Shown piece after piece: positions 26,197 through 34,374 of a DNA stretch of 44,421 nucleotides. This stretch comes from a virus. Lineage: Duplodnaviria > Caudoviricetes. The notes beneath the pieces are model-generated. The model was not told the origin of the DNA. It saw only the letters and a list, made by a program, of their open reading frames with translations, and did not search any database. Position 1 is the stretch's first letter, and the number at the start of each line of letters is the position of its first letter. The stretch is from the IMG/VR virus record IMGVR_UViG_3300032212_000031, positions 1 to 44,421 of that record, one strand, 5' to 3'. The position numbers were made by a program, and so were the translations under genes.

Positions 26197-27539
26197 GCGC
26201 GCTTTTTCCTCAAGAACATTTGGGCCGCAACTTGGTCGCCAAGCATCAATTCCGTTAGCGCCCAAACCAGCGCGTCCACGCGATCTGGCGAGCCTTCGCC
26301 GATATAACCATCAGGCCCAATTAAGCACATCTGGTCCTCAAGGTCAGCCAAGCCGCCAACGTGTGACACGCGGCCCTGCTCGTAGAGCGCGGCAACAGGC
26401 TCCGCCCGCGCGACTTTACCCCGGCTTGCTGTGACCTCTTTGTAGCTAGCAGACTTATCTACAGTCCGAATGACGTGTTCTACCATCGCGCCGCCGAAGT
26501 TGCGCTCTGCGATGATCCTGTCCGCCTCAAATTCGTGATAGGCCGCGACGGCCCTCTTGCCCCACCCGTCTGGTGACAACTTGCATGTTCGATCTGCCCG
26601 AACGTAGCCGCGACCATCTACGCCAAGCCCTGCGACCACGATACCGATACTGTCCCCATCGTCGGACGCGCCGCTCGTGCCTGACGGGTCAACCGCGACG
26701 ACGACACGGCGCATGTCTGGTGGCCTCTTGTTCGCTGGCGCGTCATCATCATCGCTGCGCCGGTGTTCGTCCATCATCGCGCGGGTCCAAAGCGCACCGG
26801 GTAGATCGTCCAGTATCTCTGCGTTCAGCTCTTGCCGACCGAGGCGCGTTCCCTCATATCGCGTCTTGATTTTCTTGAGAAAGGAAGTCGCAAGATTGCC
26901 AGCGTTGTCGAAGGTTGACCCCCGAGTAACGATTGTTGTCGTGTCGGAGATGATTTCTTTCAGGACCGGAATGGGCCTCGGGGTCGTGGTTACGAGCGCC
27001 TGCGGTCTTTCACCCAAACGCAAGCCGAATTGCAGCATATCCCATGTTTCGCGCGCATAGCGCCATTTTGCCAATTCATCGCACCAGGCTGCGTCAAACT
27101 GCGGCCCACGAAGCTGCGCAGGCTGCGTTGCATTGTAGCCCAAGGCAATCGCGCCAGTGTGGAACGTGATCTGCACGTTCGGGTTTGCAACGATCTTCGG
27201 CTTCTGGTGATCTGGGAATACCGATGCCAGGCCGCTATCGCCGAAACACATGACTTCAACCAAGTCTTTGTAGGTCTCGCCAATAAGGGCAATCCGCTGT
27301 CGCCCCGCGTCAACCTGCTCCCTGACCCATTCCGACCCGGCCCGCGTCTTGCCGAAGCCACGGCCTGCGTTGATAACCCATGTGAGCCAATCTCCACCCG
27401 GTGCAATCTGCTCTTGTCTCGCCCAAAATCGCCAATCGTATTCGAGTTGCGCAAGGTCCGCTTCACTCAGACCCGTCAGTATCTCCTTTTGCACTTCCGG
27501 CGGCTGCGAGGCTAGCGAGGCGGCGAGTGATGCGGTCAC
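26193..27539 (-). CDS. terL: Terminase large subunit
   Basis: GRGFGKT Walker A, LRGPQF, WCDE Walker B, TTTP, VAVDP and SPDRVDA nuclease motifs. Confidence 0.97.
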   Translation of the reverse strand: MTASLAASLASQPPEVQKEILTGLSEADLAQLEYDWRFWARQEQIAPGGDWLTWVINAGRGFGKTRAGSEWVREQVDAGRQRIALIGETYKDLVEVMCFGDSGLASVFPDHQKPKIVANPNVQITFHTGAIALGYNATQPAQLRGPQFDAAWCDELAKWRYARETWDMLQFGLRLGERPQALVTTTPRPIPVLKEIISDTTTIVTRGSTFDNAGNLATSFLKKIKTRYEGTRLGRQELNAEILDDLPGALWTRAMMDEHRRSDDDDAPANKRPPDMRRVVVAVDPSGTSGASDDGDSIGIVVAGLGVDGRGYVRADRTCKLSPDGWGKRAVAAYHEFEADRIIAERNFGGAMVEHVIRTVDKSASYKEVTASRGKVARAEPVAALYEQGRVSHVGGLADLEDQMCLIGPDGYIGEGSPDRVDALVWALTELMLGDQVAAQMFLRKKRA

Positions 27540-27957
27540 GGGCGGTTACCTCTTCGGATTCGATTGGCTTGCCCCCCGGCCCGCTGATTTCCAGCCGCTT
27601 TGGCCGATCCATTCCGAATAGCTTGATCTTTGCGTTGATCGCCGAAACGGCTGCGGCGGCTTGCGCCTCGCCCATTGCCAGTGATCGCGCGGCTTCCAGT
27701 TCTTCCATCGCGGATTGGCGAGTGTAGATTGCTAATTGGACCGCCTGTTCCTGCACTTCGGCAAGCCTACGGGCGATCTTAGGGTTATCAAGCATCTGGC
27801 AGGCTTCGACGTAAAGCCAACTGTCTCGCGCGCTCTCGTCAACGTCATAGGCCCGCCGGTATGCCTCTGCGGCGTTCCCTGTTTCAAGGTATGCGACGAC
27901 GAACGCCTCTTGCTTCCGCGTTAGGTCGCTGGTTGCGCCATCTCCACGGTCAGCCAT
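27463..27957 (-). CDS. terS: Terminase small subunit
   Basis: LT.KQE.FV..Y...GNA.EAY..AY and NPKI motifs; EISGPGGKPI tail. Confidence 0.9.
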   Translation of the reverse strand: MADRGDGATSDLTRKQEAFVVAYLETGNAAEAYRRAYDVDESARDSWLYVEACQMLDNPKIARRLAEVQEQAVQLAIYTRQSAMEELEAARSLAMGEAQAAAAVSAINAKIKLFGMDRPKRLEISGPGGKPIESEEVTARDRITRRLASLAAAGSAKGDTDGSE

Positions 27958-28094
27958 GTTGAACCCTCTTTCTGAAACACCCATCCACCATTAGCCGCCT
28001 CAATGAACGTGGGACCGCGACCTTGACGCTTGCGCGCATGGTGGTGTTGAACTGCGGGTGTTGACCGTTGGGAGTTTGGCCCCATGATATTTTG

Positions 28095-28221
28095 AACGCG
28101 GTAAGCAGCGGCTAGGGCTGTGCGTCAAGTCACCGCCGCTTCCATTCCGGTGTTAGCCCCAGTATCGCCCTGCGTCCAGAGCTGCCAAGCTTGACGGCCT
28201 ATTTCGGCCCCGACCCGCGTT
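28095..28221 (-). ncRNA. Putative structured non-coding RNA immediately 3' of tRNA-Asn
   Basis: Closing stem AACGCGG/CCGCGTT, internal hairpins and a GTCAAG/CTTGAC pseudoknot; no family recognised. Confidence 0.4.
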
Positions 28222-28224
28222 GTT

Positions 28225-28299
28225 TGGCTTCGGTGATAGGGATCGAACCTATGACACGCTGGTTAACAGCCAACCGCTCTGCCACTGAGCTACACCGAA
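28225..28299 (-). tRNA. tRNA-Asn (GTT), CCA encoded
   Basis: Acceptor TTCGGTG/CACCGAA, D arm GCTC/GAGC, anticodon arm GTTGG-CTGTTAA-CCAGC, T arm ATAGG-TTCGATC-CCTAT, G discriminator plus CCA. Confidence 0.95.
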
Positions 28300-28575
28300 C
28301 CGAATTTATAACCTAGCCTCTGGCGGGAACCGGCTCGTCAACCGGCCCCTTTCCAGATTTGGGGAAGGGCATTATCTTCCGCGACCCCGGAAAACCAGCG
28401 GGTTTGCACTGATGCCAGTGCCGCCGGTCATATTTAGCGAAAGTACGGATCGCCACCAGCGAACCGTACTTTTTAAACCTCCAACCAAATGCCCACGCGG
28501 CAATGAAAGGAGCAACCCTATGTGGCAAAACGCCAGAGCCTTTCAATAAGGCGCATCTCGCTTTGCGATTATGGC

Positions 28576-28604
28576 AATCTTGCATATATGTGCCAATCAG
28601 TCAA
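28576..28604 (-). promoter_or_regulatory. Candidate late promoter (pR'-like position)
   Basis: TTGACT-17nt-AAGATT right after 28605-29240 and upstream of tRNA and terminase; -10 is imperfect. Confidence 0.35.
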
Positions 28605-29240
28605 CTATCCCTTTGCCGCAACTACCGCATGAAGTGCGTTGAGTGCTTCCAAAGCATACAGGCCGCGCTGAGTTGGCTTGCGATCTCGCCAGAGTTGCGC
28701 GCGTTCCAATCTCGCGTCATGAAGCGCGGATCTTTGGGTTGCCGATAAGTGGCCCAGATGGCCCTGCCAGCACATCCATGCGTTGATTGCGTCTTTGTCT
28801 TTTTGTTCCTCGTCGCGCAGGTCTACCGTGTGGCCATTGTCAGCCTCGAACCTGTCAGGTTCCATTTGGATTGAAGCGCATTTTGCAAACTCGCCCTGAC
28901 CAAGATACCTACGGCGATAAGATGTTTCCGCCATGCACCATGCCTGGAATGTCGGCCAGACCTTTGAAACATGCTTGTCGCCGCTTTCGGCTTGGATAAC
29001 CATTCCAAGCTGCGAACTGATATGCTGCCCGCTTACGGCTGCCATGGCTTCCTTAGTGTTCTTGCCACTGAAATGCGCCGCGCGGGCCTGTAACGCGGTT
29101 TTTCGGGGGTCTGACGGCGATTCCGCTCTTTTCCGGTGCTGTCCGTTCGGTTGGCGCTTCTTGATCGGCTCAATGTCAGGTAACCCCGCCAGCATTTTCT
29201 TTGCCCGGCGTTTTGCGCCTCTCGTATATGCCTTGGTCAT
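28605..29240 (-). CDS. Hypothetical protein in the late-regulator (Q) position
   Basis: 211 aa, basic N-terminus; last gene before the late leader; function inferred from position only. Confidence 0.6.
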   Translation of the reverse strand: MTKAYTRGAKRRAKKMLAGLPDIEPIKKRQPNGQHRKRAESPSDPRKTALQARAAHFSGKNTKEAMAAVSGQHISSQLGMVIQAESGDKHVSKVWPTFQAWCMAETSYRRRYLGQGEFAKCASIQMEPDRFEADNGHTVDLRDEEQKDKDAINAWMCWQGHLGHLSATQRSALHDARLERAQLWRDRKPTQRGLYALEALNALHAVVAAKG

Positions 29241-29461
29241 GACTCAACCTCGACATCAAATAATTCCAATTTTGCCTTCTCCAACAACCAAATAACCTCG
29301 CCGCCATCAGCGGCGGATGATGCGAAACCAAATTCTCCATTCCGATCCCATCCAATCACCACGACGCTTTCCGCGCACCAGTCCTTTGCTGCGTCAAGAA
29401 CTTTATCAACGGGCACATCTAATCGCGTTATGCCCCCGAATGGAATTATTTTCTCGTCCAT
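29237..29461 (-). CDS. Conserved phage hypothetical protein (MDEKIIPFGGITRLD...)
   Basis: GAGG RBS; VVVIGW...G....ASS......WL.E pattern. Confidence 0.65.
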   Translation of the reverse strand: MDEKIIPFGGITRLDVPVDKVLDAAKDWCAESVVVIGWDRNGEFGFASSAADGGEVIWLLEKAKLELFDVEVES

Positions 29462-29475
29462 GCCCGTCCCTCGAT

Positions 29476-29886
29476 TTATTCTGTGAATTGCCGTTCGAAA
29501 TAAAACACTACCGGACAATCCATGATACGGATTACGCCCATTCGGACGCCTGCTCTGAAAATAGACTTTTCTCTGGCGACGATCTCTGCCGACCTGGCAA
29601 TAAGCTGCCGCCATTCCTCAATCTTGTATCCGCCCTTGCTAATGTTGCAGGCGGGGCAGGCGGGCATCATGTTGCCGACCACGTTTCTCTCAGGGTTGAT
29701 CAACCTCCGATCCTCCTTTGGAAGCGGTTTCCCCCAAGGGTCTGTCGTAATCCTGATTACCGGCTCCATGTGGTCCGCGTGCATCGTATCCATCTGCTCG
29801 CCGCAATACCCGCAACGTCCGCCGAATTTCTGACGCAGGGCCTCGCGCTGGCTCTTGGTCCCTCTCCATTTGTCGGTCTCGTTCAT
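29476..29886 (-). CDS. HNH endonuclease
   Basis: RCGYCG, ADH and N.MPAC.ACN.SK motifs; GGAGG RBS. Confidence 0.85.
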   Translation of the reverse strand: MNETDKWRGTKSQREALRQKFGGRCGYCGEQMDTMHADHMEPVIRITTDPWGKPLPKEDRRLINPERNVVGNMMPACPACNISKGGYKIEEWRQLIARSAEIVAREKSIFRAGVRMGVIRIMDCPVVFYFERQFTE

Positions 29887-29934
29887 CTTCGCCCTCCATA
29901 AAGTGCAGCTCGGCCCATGCATGCCCTCTTTTTG

Positions 29935-30126
29935 TTATTCGTGGAAGTATTGCTCTGCGGCAGCCACCGCCTTCGGAACTTGTTTGGTGTCTGTTTCGTG
30001 CGTCAAGTCAAGCATCTGCCTCAATATGGTATTCTCGCGTGCCAAGCGCAGATTGTCGATATTCAGGCGCTTGATTGTTTCTGCCTGCGTTTCGTTATGC
30101 TTGCGCAACTGTTGAACCGTTCTCAT
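29935..30126 (-). CDS. Small coiled-coil protein
   Basis: Start MRTVQQL; heptad pattern. Confidence 0.5.
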   Translation of the reverse strand: MRTVQQLRKHNETQAETIKRLNIDNLRLARENTILRQMLDLTHETDTKQVPKAVAAAEQYFHE

Positions 30127-30130
30127 AAAA

Positions 30131-30346
30131 CTAACCTTCGTAAAATTTTGAAGCCAATGAAACAAGGAGGTCTGGAATTTTCAACGTGATCCACAGCATC
30201 AATGGATTGCCAAGAGCAAATACTGACAACGCCGTCATCATATTTGTTTTTGCGAATAAATACCCCACGGCGCACCCTAAAATAATAGACGGCATGGGCA
30301 TTATAACGAAAAATGACACAATCGCTAGAATATCTGCAAGCGTCAT
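30131..30346 (-). CDS. Small AT-rich membrane protein
   Basis: 71 aa, 2-3 hydrophobic segments, AAGGA RBS. Confidence 0.55.
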   Translation of the reverse strand: MTLADILAIVSFFVIMPMPSIILGCAVGYLFAKTNMMTALSVFALGNPLMLWITLKIPDLLVSLASKFYEG

Positions 30347-30555
30347 GACTTAGTCCTTTCCAGCCTTCGCATGGCGGCTTGGCTTTTCGCGCCAATGCGG
30401 TTTGAAAGTGATGAACGCTGCATCGCTAGTGCGTGCTCTTGCGTTGTGGGCGCGTGGTCTGACCCGAACAGTGACCGGAGCGGCATGACCTTGGCGCTGA
30501 GAGGCTTGCAGAGATCGGCTATGGTTTCTTTGTCGCGCATACCTTTATCCTCCAT
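30343..30555 (-). CDS. Hypothetical protein
   Basis: Coupled to ssb stop. Confidence 0.5.
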   Translation of the reverse strand: MEDKGMRDKETIADLCKPLSAKVMPLRSLFGSDHAPTTQEHALAMQRSSLSNRIGAKSQAAMRRLERTKS

Positions 30556-31013
30556 TAAAAGGGAATCTCTGGATCATCCATGCCGCCGCCATAGCCGCCG
30601 CTGGATTGCTGAGAATTGTCGCCGTAGCCGCCTGCGTCGTCGCGCTTGCCGCCGCCGTCCTTCGGCCCGTCCAGCATCACCAGCGTTCCGCCGTAGCCTT
30701 GCAGGACAACTTCTGTCGAATAGCGATCCGCGCCGCTCTGATCTTGCCATTTGCGGGTCTGCAACTGGCCCTCGATGTAGACCTTTGACCCCTTACGGAG
30801 ATACTGCTCGGCCACCCGCACGAGGCCCTCCTGGAAGATCGCGACCGAATGCCACTCGGTGCGCTCCTTGCGTTCGCCGCTCTCGCGATCTTTCCATGTT
30901 TCGGACGTGGCGATGCGAAGATTGCAGACCTTGCCGCCGTTCTGGAATGTGCGGGTTTCCGGGTCGCGGCCCAGATTTCCGACCAGAATGACCTTGTTGA
31001 CCGAGCCTGCCAT
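30555..31013 (-). CDS. ssb: Single-stranded DNA-binding protein
   Basis: [37 protein letters not shown] and acidic ..EIPF tail. Confidence 0.97.
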   Translation of the reverse strand: MAGSVNKVILVGNLGRDPETRTFQNGGKVCNLRIATSETWKDRESGERKERTEWHSVAIFQEGLVRVAEQYLRKGSKVYIEGQLQTRKWQDQSGADRYSTEVVLQGYGGTLVMLDGPKDGGGKRDDAGGYGDNSQQSSGGYGGGMDDPEIPF

Positions 31014-31366
31014 TAGTTATCCCCCTCTCGGACATGCTCAATTGCCCTATTCTGGTCCGCTGTTCTCCAATCCGGCCAAGTGCGGGCCTCGTTTCGGCTT
31101 TGCTTCCCTTCAATCATTCTGCAGACGATCTGCGCGACCTCGCGGGGGTTACTGTTCCGTTCACCATTGCAGAACATTAGTTGCCTCGTCATACCGTCCA
31201 ACGCCAATATGACGACATCGGCCCACTCGTCGCTCGAACCGCCACTATCCCGGACCTCGTCAAGCTCCTTTCGTATGTGGTCGATCAACCCGCCAGTTCG
31301 GACACCCGGCCCGAAGGTTGCGTGACTGAAAGCCATTTGCCGTAGTATGTGTTGCTCCAAATCCAT
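31013..31366 (-). CDS. DUF550 / MazG-like dATP/dGTP pyrophosphohydrolase
   Basis: FS..TFGP, HIRKE..E, EWADV.IL..D and K...N..R.WP motifs. Confidence 0.8.
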   Translation of the reverse strand: MDLEQHILRQMAFSHATFGPGVRTGGLIDHIRKELDEVRDSGGSSDEWADVVILALDGMTRQLMFCNGERNSNPREVAQIVCRMIEGKQSRNEARTWPDWRTADQNRAIEHVREGDN

Positions 31367-31605
31367 TACCCTCTTTCCTCCTGTTGCCGCGCCTCATGAG
31401 CGCGTATGCCAAATAAAACCGTGGTGTGATGCCGCTTGAAGATCCGTCCTATGCGCGGAAGCGAATAGCCAAGTTCGCTCTGAACTGCGGCCATTGCGGC
31501 CTGACGTGGTATGGATGCCACACGCGCGTTGTTGCGACCTAGTATCTTTGACGGCTTGATACCGTATCGGTCTGCCGTTTGGGCGATAATGTCCTTGGCG
31601 GTCAT
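31366..31605 (-). CDS. DnaA C-terminal-like HTH protein
   Basis: PRQ.AM, SLP.IG..F.R.HTTV motifs. Confidence 0.85.
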   Translation of the reverse strand: MTAKDIIAQTADRYGIKPSKILGRNNARVASIPRQAAMAAVQSELGYSLPRIGRIFKRHHTTVLFGIRAHEARQQEERG

Positions 31606-32165
31606 GCTCTTGCCCTATTCGCCGCCAATGCCTGCCGGTGCTTTTCCCACAACTTCGCCTCACGGGCCTTCGCCTCGTCTTCGCCGTAAACGTCCCGAAA
31701 GGTGAAAAAGAGGCTGGACCGATAGGGCTTCAAATCCTCTTCTGTCACGAACCCCATATCAAGCAACTCAACGCAATCACGCCCGTAGAGATAGCTTTCA
31801 CCGATGGCTTGCCCCACTTTGATCCTGGCGGAAACCATGTCAATACGGTTCTGCCCATCGTCGGCGGTGTCAGCGGTTGCGAACTTCGGCTTGGTCAGCG
31901 CATGGGCCGAACGAATATCCTTCGCGGCGCGTGCAATCTCGAACTCTGTCGGCCACGCCCGCGTTTGAGCATTCGCAGCTAGTGTATCTGAAAAATCATC
32001 CCACCAGTCTTGGTATCCCTGCCCCGGCGCGTCCTTCAAAAGTCTGGCAATCAAGGCTTGGATTTCCTCGACTTGTGATTTTGGTTTGTCCCTCAATCCT
32101 TGCGGCATGGTTCGCCGGTCCAAGTATCGCTTGAAGCTATCTGTGAGCCAATCTGTGCGTGTCAT
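31602..32165 (-). CDS. Hypothetical replication-associated protein (helicase loader position)
   Basis: Follows the initiator; WPT..EI motif. Confidence 0.55.
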   Translation of the reverse strand: MTRTDWLTDSFKRYLDRRTMPQGLRDKPKSQVEEIQALIARLLKDAPGQGYQDWWDDFSDTLAANAQTRAWPTEFEIARAAKDIRSAHALTKPKFATADTADDGQNRIDMVSARIKVGQAIGESYLYGRDCVELLDMGFVTEEDLKPYRSSLFFTFRDVYGEDEAKAREAKLWEKHRQALAANRARA

Positions 32166-32842
32166 CTTGCGCCTCCGGTCGCTTGTGCAAATATTTCGTC
32201 GAAGTTGTTTTCTCTCGGCCTAAGCCGCGCTGTGATCCACGCCACAGGCTCAGATACGCCTTCCCGGTTGGCATCACGCAATGCGTTGAAAGTCTCTGTA
32301 TCCCCGGCGTCCTTGCGCCACTTCCCGATCAGCGACCGAGCCTGCTTTTCCGCCGTCCCGTATTTGCTGAGAAAGGCCACGCCTCGATCAAAAACTTCCT
32401 TCGTAAAATCGACGGCTTGTCCGTCCTCTCCGTTAGGAGAGGTATCTTCTGGTTCTGGTTCTAGTTGCTTTAGCGAAACGGTAGCGTTCGCTAGGTCCGG
32501 TTTGTTAGTTTTCAATGCCTTAGCGCGTCCGCCGAGCATTCCTGAGTGCGCGTTAACTCGACGTTTCGTGTCAACCCTGTGCAACTCTTTGGTCAATCTG
32601 GCGTTTGTGATAACCCCGTTTTCGGCGACAAAATAGTGCTTAATCGAAGCCCAAACCCTAGGCCAATCGCGCCCCACGCGGGCCACCCGTTGCAGCTTTT
32701 TTGTGTCGTCTGGCAGTTCTCCACCGCGCGTCCACATGGCCATGAGAATGAGCATATAAGCGCCGATTTCTTTGGCATCTAGGTCCATCGTATCCCCGAC
32801 AAAATCTGACACCCAAAGCGGCATGAATGGGGTTGCGCTCAT
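32162..32842 (-). CDS. DUF1376 (YdaU-like) replication initiator
   Basis: PFMPLWV.DF..DT..L...E.GAY..IL..MW...G.LP.D; EPEPE linker. Confidence 0.85.
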   Translation of the reverse strand: MSATPFMPLWVSDFVGDTMDLDAKEIGAYMLILMAMWTRGGELPDDTKKLQRVARVGRDWPRVWASIKHYFVAENGVITNARLTKELHRVDTKRRVNAHSGMLGGRAKALKTNKPDLANATVSLKQLEPEPEDTSPNGEDGQAVDFTKEVFDRGVAFLSKYGTAEKQARSLIGKWRKDAGDTETFNALRDANREGVSEPVAWITARLRPRENNFDEIFAQATGGAR

Positions 32843-33561
32843 ATGTCAAACCCCTCTTGTGTGGGGGCTGGTGATGGAGGTTCGATGAACAGGTCAGGCT
32901 GCCAATAGGCTTCCTCAATCCGCTTGCACATGATTTCAAAGTAGTCGGGGTCTTTCTCGATACCGATGAACCGCCGCCCCAACTTGGCACAGGCCACGCC
33001 AGTGGTTCCCGATCCGGCAAAGGGGTCTAGGATGGTTTCGGCGTCAGGCAGAAAGCCTAGACACCATTCCATGACAGCTATTGCCTTTTGCGTCTTGTGG
33101 ACGCGCGGCACTCCGCGCTCACTGTCTCGAAGCCCCCCGTTCCAAAGGTGCGGCAAGACGCGGGCCGGTCCCTTAATGTTTGTCCATGCCATTTCGCAAT
33201 CGGCAAAATCGTTTACCGCAGTTCCGCGCCGCTTGTCCCAAATCAGCCAGCGCGCGCTAGGAGGCAACTTGTCAGCGTAATGGTTCGCGCCCCAAAGAAT
33301 TGTCGGAAGCCCCAAAGACAAAAACGGTCGCGGGTCAAATGGCTCGCTATCCCCCTCAATCACCGGCAAAGCGTCGGGAGCGGACTGAAATCTTTTATTT
33401 CGACCAAAACCTCCCCCACCGGCCCCGCGAGAGAAATTGATTCCATAGGGCGGATCAGCGCAAATGGCATCAAAGTGCAGCCCGGGCATGACCTCTAGGC
33501 AGTCGCCTAGATACAAGGTGCAATCGCCGATAACCTCTTTGCGCTGCCATGTGTCAGACAT
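32839..33561 (-). CDS. N6-adenine/N4-cytosine DNA methyltransferase (beta class)
   Basis: DPPY followed by H.TQK and DPFAGSGTT. Confidence 0.9.
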   Translation of the reverse strand: MSDTWQRKEVIGDCTLYLGDCLEVMPGLHFDAICADPPYGINFSRGAGGGGFGRNKRFQSAPDALPVIEGDSEPFDPRPFLSLGLPTILWGANHYADKLPPSARWLIWDKRRGTAVNDFADCEMAWTNIKGPARVLPHLWNGGLRDSERGVPRVHKTQKAIAVMEWCLGFLPDAETILDPFAGSGTTGVACAKLGRRFIGIEKDPDYFEIMCKRIEEAYWQPDLFIEPPSPAPTQEGFDI

Positions 33562-33733
33562 TGGCGCGCGCAACACAGTTTCGCTTGCGGTAAAATGTTG
33601 TGGGGGTTATTGTGTCGTCAAATGCCATGCTGCACCTCTGTCTAGGTCAGTTAAGGTTAGGGCCTCAAGTCATTACCGTGGCTTGGGGCCTGATCATTTC
33701 TAGCACACCGCGCGGATATTGCAATGAGGCTTT

Positions 33734-34075
33734 TCATTCCGGGTCAACCTTGCCCTTGATATCAGCGCCACCAAGTTCAATGTTGGCTATCCGAACGGCA
33801 CAGCGTAACAGATTTTGCGCGGATCCCCTAATACATGCCGGGGCTGCGCATATCCCACTTTCGTCCATCTGTCCGCAGCACTCTTCGCCCAATTCCATAT
33901 CAACAGCGCCTAAAATGTTAGAAAAACTGTAGCCACGCATTGCTCCGCAACTAGGGCATTCAAGAACGAAGTCACCTATAGGTCGCACCGATATCCACTC
34001 GTTCCCACACCGTAGGCATATGACTGGCCCAGATACATGAGGCCGTTGGCTGTCTATGTGAATTATGTCACTCAC
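33734..34075 (-). CDS. Zn-ribbon hypothetical protein
   Basis: CxxCG.EW and ECP.CG motifs; start uncertain by a few codons. Confidence 0.6.
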   Translation of the reverse strand: MSDIIHIDSQRPHVSGPVICLRCGNEWISVRPIGDFVLECPSCGAMRGYSFSNILGAVDMELGEECCGQMDESGICAAPACIRGSAQNLLRCAVRIANIELGGADIKGKVDPE

Positions 34076-34374
34076 CTAATCACCCCGCGCAATCCGATCC
34101 CGAGCGCCGCCAGCGCCTCAATCGGGTTTGTCACAACGCAGACCTGCCCGCGCCAGTCGCGGTGAAACTCCACCTGCGGCTCGGTCAGCTTGCGCGCTGA
34201 GGGGGGCTTGGATCCGTCCTTGACCTCGATCAGGTAGTTGCCCCCCCGATACCCCGCCAGGAGGTCAGGACAGCCGCCACCGACCGCATGTAGAAGCGTG
34301 ACGGTTGCGCCGCTGCTGCGAAGGGCGGAAACAACCGCCTTCTGGTTCTCGTCAACCTTGGATGCGCGCCTCAT
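34072..34374 (-). CDS. PD-(D/E)XK nuclease (VRR-NUC-like)
   Basis: D.NQ..VV.ALR, G.PDLL, IEVK and LT..Q..F motifs. Confidence 0.85.
   Translation of the reverse strand: MRRASKVDENQKAVVSALRSSGATVTLLHAVGGGCPDLLAGYRGGNYLIEVKDGSKPPSARKLTEPQVEFHRDWRGQVCVVTNPIEALAALGIGLRGVIR

Noticed and set aside
26193-27539. Gene transfer agent
   Set aside because: TerL is GTA-like, but portal/capsid types and the replication and early modules indicate an autonomous phage
28095-28224. Theta (HDV-like) ribozyme after the tRNA
   Set aside because: The tRNA already encodes CCA, the next bases are AACA, and I could not fit the HDV double pseudoknot; kept only as an unassigned RNA
28313-28585. 90-aa ORF in the late leader
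   Set aside because: No RBS, overlaps the candidate promoter, and the region is better explained as structured RNA
31013-31366. DUF550 as a sign of a Z-base (2-aminoadenine) genome
   Set aside because: No purZ, datZ or phage DNA polymerase is recognisable; DUF550 alone is common in lambdoid phages
32455-32530. Iteron-type origin inside the DUF1376 gene
   Set aside because: Only short TAGCG recurrences; the position is plausible but the evidence is too weak
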